A DNA stretch of 64,000 nucleotides from an uncultured Gammaproteobacteria bacterium (lineage in GTDB: Bacteria > Patescibacteriota > Patescibacteriia > UBA1558 > 2-01-FULL-52-15). A program made the translations under genes and the position numbers. Numbering within the stretch: the stretch's first letter is position 1; every line of letters begins with the position of its first letter. The stretch spans positions 3,401-67,400 of the forward strand of contig CAYRBH010000005.1 of the NCBI GenBank assembly GCA_964422585.1. The letters are read 5' to 3'. The notes under the pieces were generated by a model that was not told the origin of the DNA, made no database searches, and worked only from the letters and a program-made list of their open reading frames with translations. Below, one piece after another: positions 57,620-64,000 of this stretch.

Positions 57620-58525
57620 ATGTCCCCCCAAAAAACCTCCCTCATTGTAGTGACTTTGGCGCTGCTCACCCTGTGTGCCATGCCTGTGCATGCCCTGACG
57701 GGTACTGATGTCATGAAGTACACTGGCTTAACCAAAGCCGACCAGACCTGCACGTTCACGTCCATGTCAGGCCTCCTGAACAATGGTAAAGTATTCACCA
57801 GCGGCTGTACCGGAGGCGACCTCGTTGCCTTTATCAATGCCCTCGATACCTTCTTCTACCGCCTCGCCATAGTCTTAGCAGTTCTCATGATAACCATCGG
57901 GGGTATGCAGTGGCTCATGGCCATAGGCAATTCCTCCAAAATCTCCAATGCCAAAGATACTATCCAACAGGCTGTCATAGGCCTGATCCTTGCTATGACT
58001 GCCATACTACTCTTCAACCAGATAGACCCAAGCTTTACGAATTTGAAGAGTATAGATTTGAAGAAATTGGATTCGGCAACAAGCGCTTCATGCGAATCTA
58101 TAACTGCGATAGCGCAATGTCTCGCTACAAAAAATTGTCGATGGACCCCAACGGATCCTACGAAAGGAGCATTGAGCGCAGGTACCTGTAGTGCTGGAGA
58201 CGCGACACAGGATGGTGACTGTAGCGGAGCTAGCTCAGGAACTTGCCTCAATTACACAGGTTGTTATTTAAGCAAAGATGGGCTGTGTGCTTCGTCGCCG
58301 AATATATGTATAAAGACTGCCGCTGACTATCAATCTTTCAAAGCTCAATACTCCACGGTCAAGCCTGAGTGCTGTGTTAATAAAAGCGGGCCGACACCCG
58401 TATATGCTTGGGCTAACTTTGTACTGAATAAGAATATTGAGTGTTCTACAGTATGCGGCTCGGATGCTCTTTCTACAGAATGGCAGAAAGGCGATATAAA
58501 TGACTGCATAAATAATATGCAATAG
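57620..58525 (+). CDS. VirB2/TrbC-like pilin with Cys-rich C-terminal extension
   Basis: Signal peptide; GGMQW...GN...I..AK..I..AVIGL.L.......IDP; many Cys downstream. Confidence 0.82.
   Translation: MSPQKTSLIVVTLALLTLCAMPVHALTGTDVMKYTGLTKADQTCTFTSMSGLLNNGKVFTSGCTGGDLVAFINALDTFFYRLAIVLAVLMITIGGMQWLMAIGNSSKISNAKDTIQQAVIGLILAMTAILLFNQIDPSFTNLKSIDLKKLDSATSASCESITAIAQCLATKNCRWTPTDPTKGALSAGTCSAGDATQDGDCSGASSGTCLNYTGCYLSKDGLCASSPNICIKTAADYQSFKAQYSTVKPECCVNKSGPTPVYAWANFVLNKNIECSTVCGSDALSTEWQKGDINDCINNMQ
57689..58047 (+). repeat. 359-bp direct repeat, copy 1
   Basis: No mismatch seen by eye against 58608-58966. Confidence 0.92.
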
Positions 58526-58538
58526 TTTTGAATTAGAA

Positions 58539-59651
58539 ATGTTTACTAGAGCGCGTCTCTTTATCCTTGTTAGTGTCGGCCTATCACTGGTACTGTCTGT
58601 CCCGGCTCATGCCCTGACGGGTACTGATGTCATGAAGTACACTGGCTTAACCAAAGCCGACCAGACCTGCACGTTCACGTCCATGTCAGGCCTCCTGAAC
58701 AATGGTAAAGTATTCACCAGCGGCTGTACCGGAGGCGACCTCGTTGCCTTTATCAATGCCCTCGATACCTTCTTCTACCGCCTCGCCATAGTCTTAGCAG
58801 TTCTCATGATAACCATCGGGGGTATGCAGTGGCTCATGGCCATAGGCAATTCCTCCAAAATCTCCAATGCCAAAGATACTATCCAACAGGCTGTCATAGG
58901 CCTGATCCTTGCTATGACTGCCATACTACTCTTCAACCAGATAGACCCAAGCTTTACGAATTTGAAAGGCCCGACGCTTGTGACGTCAACTTTCAGTTGT
59001 GAGACCATTCAAGATCCTAGTTCATGTATTGCCCAGGCAGCGGCGAATTCTTGTAAGTGGACCTGCACCGATCCATCGGAAAGTAAGAAACGGGTACTCC
59101 CGCCGAACACCAAGTGGACCTCTGATTTTCAGAACCCACTGTGCATACCTGGGAAATGCACGACGGGCGTTACGACGGCCGGAGGTGCGGCAAATGCAGC
59201 AACTTGTGATAATACGAGTGGACTCGCGGCCCAGTATGGAACGAATCCGAACCTTACAAACTCGCCTCAGTTGAATGCTTTGATACAATGTGTTAACAGT
59301 AGTCCGGCCGGAGCTCTTCTCGGGCCAGATTCGAATCAGGGAACCTGGGAAAGTGCTCAGCATAACACAAAATGTAATTTTACGCGGGGTAATCCCATCT
59401 GTGGGCCATGTGTACACGCGGTGAACTCGTGTCACTATGGTGGTAAGACTGGTAATAATGGCGCTGAGGCCGTTGACTTTAACGCGGCAGATGGATCACC
59501 TGCCGGAGAAGCAGCGTTATGCCGGGCTTTGAGAGCTGCGAGTGCTGGCTGCAACTTCGGATTCCTTAACTTCGAAGGTAATCATACTCATGTAAGCACA
59601 GCCTCATGTGATGGCGATGGCACAGGCATCGGAACAGACTGTCCGAGCTAA
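58539..59651 (+). CDS. VirB2/TrbC-like pilin fused to M15/LAS-like Zn-peptidase domain
   Basis: Same pilin core; HAVNSCHYGG...AVDF...NHTHVS. Confidence 0.8.
   Translation: MFTRARLFILVSVGLSLVLSVPAHALTGTDVMKYTGLTKADQTCTFTSMSGLLNNGKVFTSGCTGGDLVAFINALDTFFYRLAIVLAVLMITIGGMQWLMAIGNSSKISNAKDTIQQAVIGLILAMTAILLFNQIDPSFTNLKGPTLVTSTFSCETIQDPSSCIAQAAANSCKWTCTDPSESKKRVLPPNTKWTSDFQNPLCIPGKCTTGVTTAGGAANAATCDNTSGLAAQYGTNPNLTNSPQLNALIQCVNSSPAGALLGPDSNQGTWESAQHNTKCNFTRGNPICGPCVHAVNSCHYGGKTGNNGAEAVDFNAADGSPAGEAALCRALRAASAGCNFGFLNFEGNHTHVSTASCDGDGTGIGTDCPS
58608..58966 (+). repeat. 359-bp direct repeat, copy 2
   Basis: Offset of 919 bp from copy 1. Confidence 0.92.
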
Positions 59652-59655
59652 CGGT

Positions 59656-61029
59656 ATGGCTATACAGACGATATATGTTTGTTCCAACTGCGACGCCCAA
59701 GCTCCCAAGTGGTCTGGACGCTGTTTAGAGTGTGGTAAATGGGGGACCTTAGTTGAACAAGCAAAGCCGGTTATTGCGGCAAAGACCGCCCGAGGCAAAG
59801 CCGCGGGCGGCTCGAGGCCAGCCTTTTCTTCTGCGCCCGCAAAAGTCATTAAATTTTCTGACCTTGAACAAGGCGCGGTACAGCGCATTTCTGCCAAAGG
59901 TTTTCCCTTTGATGAGATTTTTCCAAAAGGCATAGCTTTAGGCAGCCTGACCTTGCTGACCGGCGAACCTGGTTCAGGTAAATCAACACTTGCTTTGCAG
60001 CTGATGCGGACTTTGAGTAGCGAGCATCAAGCCTTGTATGTCTCGGCAGAGGAGTCAGCGGTACAGGTGAAGGAACGTGCCAGTCGTGTAGGCACCTTTG
60101 GTCACTACTTTAGTATTACGGAAAGCACGAATCTGGAAGAAATCATCGCTACATTACATGTCCAGAAACCAAAAGTCGTGTGCATTGATTCTCTACAGGC
60201 CATAGTGAGCGCCGAAGTCACCGGTGATGCTGGATCTTTGAATCAAATCAGAGCCGTGACCGCGCAACTGTTAGAGTTAGCTCGTAAGGAACACATAGCA
60301 ATTCTTCTGATCGGTCATGTGACAAAAGACGGCACCTTGGCAGGTCCGAAATCGCTGGAACATTTGGTAGATGCAGTCTATTACCTCGAAGCTGATCGTA
60401 ACAGCAGTTATCGTCTCCTGCGCGTCTACAAGAATCGCTATGGCGCTTCAGGTGCAGTCCTCGTTATGCAAATGGGCGGGGGAGGCATGACAGCGGTCGC
60501 AAACCCAGCAACGATTTTCATTCATAACTTTAGCCCCAAGCCCGGCTCAGTGCTGACCGTGACTGAAATTGATGATCAGTTTTTCTTTCTGGAAGTTCAG
60601 GCTTTGGTTGCCAAAAGCGGTTTTGGCTATGCCAAGCGCACTGCGTCTGGTTTTTCTAAGTCGCGTCTTGAATTATTGCTCGCGATTGTCAAAAAACAAC
60701 TACATATCGATGCCGATCTCTATGATATCTATATCAATATTGCCGGCGGCTTTTCCGTGCATGAGCCGGCGCTTGATCTTGCAGTATTGATGAGTATTCT
60801 CTCAAGCCTCAAAGAGCAATCTTTGCCTCCGAAGACAGTTGTCTTTGGCGAACTTGGCCTTTCAGGAGAGCTGCGCGTGGTGAAAGACACGGGAGCACGC
60901 TTGAAGACTATTGCTGAACATGGGTTTGCAAACGTGTATTTCCCGCCGCTTGAACAGAAAGTACAGAGTAAACTAAATCTACACTCATTCGCTTCAATTA
61001 CAGAGTTTGTAAAAAAACTTGGTTGGTAA
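59656..61029 (+). CDS. radA: DNA repair protein RadA/Sms
   Basis: CSNC..KWSGRCLECGKW, GEPGSGKST, IDSLQ, GHVTKDG..AGPK.LEH.VD, KNRYG, GELGLSGE. Confidence 0.95.
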   Translation: MAIQTIYVCSNCDAQAPKWSGRCLECGKWGTLVEQAKPVIAAKTARGKAAGGSRPAFSSAPAKVIKFSDLEQGAVQRISAKGFPFDEIFPKGIALGSLTLLTGEPGSGKSTLALQLMRTLSSEHQALYVSAEESAVQVKERASRVGTFGHYFSITESTNLEEIIATLHVQKPKVVCIDSLQAIVSAEVTGDAGSLNQIRAVTAQLLELARKEHIAILLIGHVTKDGTLAGPKSLEHLVDAVYYLEADRNSSYRLLRVYKNRYGASGAVLVMQMGGGGMTAVANPATIFIHNFSPKPGSVLTVTEIDDQFFFLEVQALVAKSGFGYAKRTASGFSKSRLELLLAIVKKQLHIDADLYDIYINIAGGFSVHEPALDLAVLMSILSSLKEQSLPPKTVVFGELGLSGELRVVKDTGARLKTIAEHGFANVYFPPLEQKVQSKLNLHSFASITEFVKKLGW

Positions 61030-61034
61030 AACAT

Positions 61035-61403
61035 ATGTCTACAATCCACTTTATTCAGCATGGGTTCAAGAGACCCACTAAAGCGGCCGGCGCTCTTAAA
61101 GAGGCATTAGAGATTCGTGGAGTTGGAGTTTTATCAGAATTATATGACGGTTATAAACACATTGATTTAGCCATTCCTAGGGCAAAGATTAATATCGAGA
61201 TTGATGGTATTCAACATCTGATAAACCCATATCAAATTGTCGCAGACCTTTCGCGCGGATATTATTCCAATCAATTAGGTTACAATACTATGCATATACC
61301 AAACGAAATGATACGTTTACATCTGCCTGAAATTGCCGACGCTTTAGCCGAGGCATCTAAAATTCGAGAGCAAAGAATAAGGGTTCATCTCACAAAATCC
61401 TAA
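61035..61403 (+). CDS. DUF559/Vsr-like endonuclease-fold protein
   Basis: TKAA..L..AL, IDLA, NIEIDGIQH, D..R......GY...HIPN. Confidence 0.8.
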   Translation: MSTIHFIQHGFKRPTKAAGALKEALEIRGVGVLSELYDGYKHIDLAIPRAKINIEIDGIQHLINPYQIVADLSRGYYSNQLGYNTMHIPNEMIRLHLPEIADALAEASKIREQRIRVHLTKS

Positions 61404-61429
61404 ATATTCAAGCTATATTGTGTAGCATT

Positions 61430-63484
61430 TTATTCCCAATGCAACCCCACCCGTTCATCTAGTCTGTGCGTAATTGAGTTATAGTAGTCTAGGTTTGTAT
61501 CATCTTTCACAATCTGATCAACATATTTTTTCGCCTTTTCGATCAAATCAGTATCACGCAACGTAGCTATTTTGAAATTAACGATACCAGATTGTCTGGT
61601 GCCAAAGACTTCTCCTTCGCCACGGAGTTTCAGATCTGCTTCAGCAAGCTCGAAACCGTCATTACTCTTGGTCAGCAACTCAAGCCGCTGTTTCGTTGTT
61701 TCATTTTTACTTTCAGTAAAGAGCAGACAATAGGATTGCATGTCATTTCTGCCAACCCGGCCTCGGAATTGATGGAGCTGCGCAATACCGAACCTGTCGG
61801 CGCCTTCGATCACCATGACAGTGGCTTTGGGTATATCAATGCCCACTTCTATCACCGAGGTTGTAACGAGAATCGGGAAGGCGCCGCTCTTGAAATCCTC
61901 AAGTATTTTTTTCTTTTGTTCCGGCTTCAGCTTGCCATGTAAGTAACGAAGCTCCAGATCAGGGAAAATATCCTTTTGTAGCCGTTCATATTCAGAAAGC
62001 ACGGATTTGCTTTCACTTTTATCATTCTCATTGATCAAGGGGCAGAGGATAAATATCTGTTGTCCTTTTTTGATAAGCCCCCGGATAAAGTCATAGGCTT
62101 TGGGTCGTTTAGTTTCATCAACGATTTTGGTAATGATCGGCTTTCTGCCTTGTGGCCGTTCTTTAATGTTTGTAACCTGGAGCTCGCCATACAATGTCAA
62201 AGCAAGCGTACGGGGGATTGGGGTTGCGGTCAGTGAAAGTAAATGCGGAACCATGCCATCGCGTCGCATCGAAGTCAATGTTTTTCGCTGTCCAACACCG
62301 AATCGATGCTGCTCGTCAACGACTGCAAGCCCCAAATTTGGAATATGCAGATCTTTCTGAATGAGACTATGTGTGCCGATGATCAGGAGTATCTGTTCAC
62401 TCCCAAGCCCCTCTACTATAGTATTTCGCGAGGTCTTCTTGCCCCGGTACATGGCATGTTTGGCTGTCAGTAGGGCAATAGGCAGACTCGGTAGTAGTTT
62501 TGTGAGGGTTTCATAGTGCTGCAGTGCCAAAACCTCAGTCGGAGCCATGAGCGAGCTCTGATAGCCTGCCAAAGCAGTGCTTAACATACCCATAGCAGCG
62601 ACAACGGTCTTCCCAGAGCCCACATCGCCTTGCACCAGACGGTTCATTGGCTCTGATTTCTCAATATCCTGCACAATCTGATACCCAGCTTTTTTCTGGT
62701 CATCAGTCAGTTTGAAAGGAAGTGTTTTGACCCAGTCAGCAATATCTTGCTGCTTGAATGGAATCTGCGGCGTATCATGCTGTTGATAGAAACGCTTTGC
62801 ATACCCAACGCCCAACTGCAGCCAAAAAAGTTCTTCAAATTTTAAACGACGTATCGCTTTCTCTAGTTTTTCAGGATCATCAGGAAAGTGAACCTGTTTC
62901 AGAGCGTCCGCCAGCAATGGCAGCTTTTCTTTTGAAATTATGTCCTCAGGTATTTCTTCAACCGGCTGCTCGGCAGTTTTCAAGGCCGTTTGTATGAGGA
63001 AGCGCAGCTGTTTATGGCTGACTCCTTCAGTCAATGAGTAGTAGGGGATGATATGCGCCGTATGCAGTTGTTCTTCTCTGACTTTTTCATAGACCGGATT
63101 GATAAACTCCGGGCCAACCAAGGTTAGTTTTGCTTTTCCAGAAAGGTATATCTCGTCACCAACTTTCAATGTCTTACTAATATACGATTGTCCAAACCAT
63201 ACTGCTTTAAGCTCACCAGTATCATCTTCCATACGCAGGTCAGTAATAAACATTCTTTTTTTGAACGACCGAAATGCTTTGACTGCGATAATTTTTCCAC
63301 GTACCGTTACTACCGTGTCGGCGGGTATATCGGCAACGTGAACAACAGTGCGCATATCTTCATAGCGCAGAGGCACATACCAGAGCAAGTCGGCGATGGT
63401 AGTGATACCAAGTCTGTGTAATCTCGGAGCTGTTTTGCTGCCGATATGGTGTAAGTCTTCGAGTGGGGATTCCAGGGAGAGCAT
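61430..63484 (-). CDS. recG: ATP-dependent DNA helicase RecG
   Basis: QGDVGSGKT, APTEVLA, DEQHRFG, TATPIPR, QLHQFRGRVGR, DLKLRGEG. Confidence 0.97.
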   Translation of the reverse strand: MLSLESPLEDLHHIGSKTAPRLHRLGITTIADLLWYVPLRYEDMRTVVHVADIPADTVVTVRGKIIAVKAFRSFKKRMFITDLRMEDDTGELKAVWFGQSYISKTLKVGDEIYLSGKAKLTLVGPEFINPVYEKVREEQLHTAHIIPYYSLTEGVSHKQLRFLIQTALKTAEQPVEEIPEDIISKEKLPLLADALKQVHFPDDPEKLEKAIRRLKFEELFWLQLGVGYAKRFYQQHDTPQIPFKQQDIADWVKTLPFKLTDDQKKAGYQIVQDIEKSEPMNRLVQGDVGSGKTVVAAMGMLSTALAGYQSSLMAPTEVLALQHYETLTKLLPSLPIALLTAKHAMYRGKKTSRNTIVEGLGSEQILLIIGTHSLIQKDLHIPNLGLAVVDEQHRFGVGQRKTLTSMRRDGMVPHLLSLTATPIPRTLALTLYGELQVTNIKERPQGRKPIITKIVDETKRPKAYDFIRGLIKKGQQIFILCPLINENDKSESKSVLSEYERLQKDIFPDLELRYLHGKLKPEQKKKILEDFKSGAFPILVTTSVIEVGIDIPKATVMVIEGADRFGIAQLHQFRGRVGRNDMQSYCLLFTESKNETTKQRLELLTKSNDGFELAEADLKLRGEGEVFGTRQSGIVNFKIATLRDTDLIEKAKKYVDQIVKDDTNLDYYNSITHRLDERVGLHWE

Positions 63485-63508
63485 ATGGGTATTGTACCAG
63501 AAGAAATA

Positions 63509-63538
63509 CAAAAGAGCTCTTTGGTAAGAGCCCTTTTG
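63509..63538 (-). terminator. Intrinsic terminator-like hairpin
   Basis: CAAAAGAGCTCT-TTGGTA-AGAGCCCTTTTG with T-runs in both orientations. Confidence 0.6.
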
Positions 63539-63725
63539 TAAACGTCTACTTATTTGTCGTGAGTATAGGTTTCCCCCAAGTATGCGCTTAAGGAATGCCT
63601 AAACCCTTTTATTAACTGGGACAAATAGGTAACTTATACAGAGTATAAGTTAGATGGAGTATAGCATATATGTGAGGAGCGCGCAATGCGTTTAGAGCAG
63701 GGGTTGTGTATAACTTGCCGCGCTC

Positions 63726-64000
63726 TTAATTGTCATTCCCGACTTCTATTTCCAAGTCATCTATATGCGGCTTTTTTCGCAATAATCCTTGCAGACGAGG
63801 GTTTCGAATATGCCCATTCTCTCCTGAGTCTCCAGAGGTATTCCCGTTTTGTTGACTTTCTGATTGATCGGCTATGCTCGAATCAGGCCCGATGACTGTG
63901 AACGATAGGGTGCTCGTGGGGCTTGTAGTTCCGACAGAAGCATCCTCGGCCCTCTTGAATTTGATCTGTATATGCCCCTTAAGATTAGTATGTGCATTGA
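63726..64000 (-). CDS. 3' end of a hypothetical gene entering from beyond the window
   Basis: Open frame of about 90 codons ending ...KKPHIDDLEIEVGNDN*. Confidence 0.5.
   Translation of the reverse strand, partial: NAHTNLKGHIQIKFKRAEDASVGTTSPTSTLSFTVIGPDSSIADQSESQQNGNTSGDSGENGHIRNPRLQGLLRKKPHIDDLEIEVGNDN

Noticed and set aside
57689-58966. 359-bp repeat as a DGR TR/VR pair or IS copies
   Set aside because: No adenine-specific mismatches, reverse transcriptase, transposase or terminal inverted repeats; both copies are in-frame coding
50186-59651. Integrative conjugative element or prophage
   Set aside because: No integrase, relaxase, att repeats or phage genes in the window; the block is contiguous with core genes
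1-64000. Alternative genetic code (TGA=Gly), CRISPR arrays, rRNA
   Set aside because: Conserved genes such as queA, GDPD and murE are intact under code 11 and end at TGA; no repeat-spacer array or rRNA sequence seen

Overview
Gene-dense bacterial chromosomal window read with standard code 11 (TGA acts as a stop). Short intergenics, scarce Shine-Dalgarno sites, N-truncated MurE/MurF, a DUF5652 protein and a PrgI-VirB4-pilin cluster together suggest Patescibacteria (CPR, probably ABY1-like); this placement is an inference. Housekeeping content: DEAD-box helicase, queA, cluster-less mutY, murF, murE, a MurL-MurD fusion, leuS, tsaC, rsmA, efp, rpsF-ssb-rpsR, radA, recG, tRNA-Pro(CGG), tRNA-Ala(CGC) and a probable 6S-like RNA. 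The main feature is a chromosomal type IV secretion-like system with no relaxase in the window, split in two blocks (32.3-46.9 kb and 50.2-59.7 kb) around translation genes. It includes a 3283-aa cysteine-rich secreted protein with a VirB5/TrbJ-like N-terminus directly upstream of a VirB6-like gene, PrgI, VirB4, a VirB8-like protein, DsbA, and two VirB2-like pilins. The pilins share an apparently identical 359-bp core but carry different C-terminal cargo, one of them a Zn-peptidase. Other signals: lipid-remodelling enzymes, small stand-alone minus-strand transcription units (two share a boxA-like leader with rpsF), a structured ncRNA candidate at 10.5-10.8 kb, and leaderless promoters on several core genes. 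No CRISPR, rRNA, transposase or integrase was seen.
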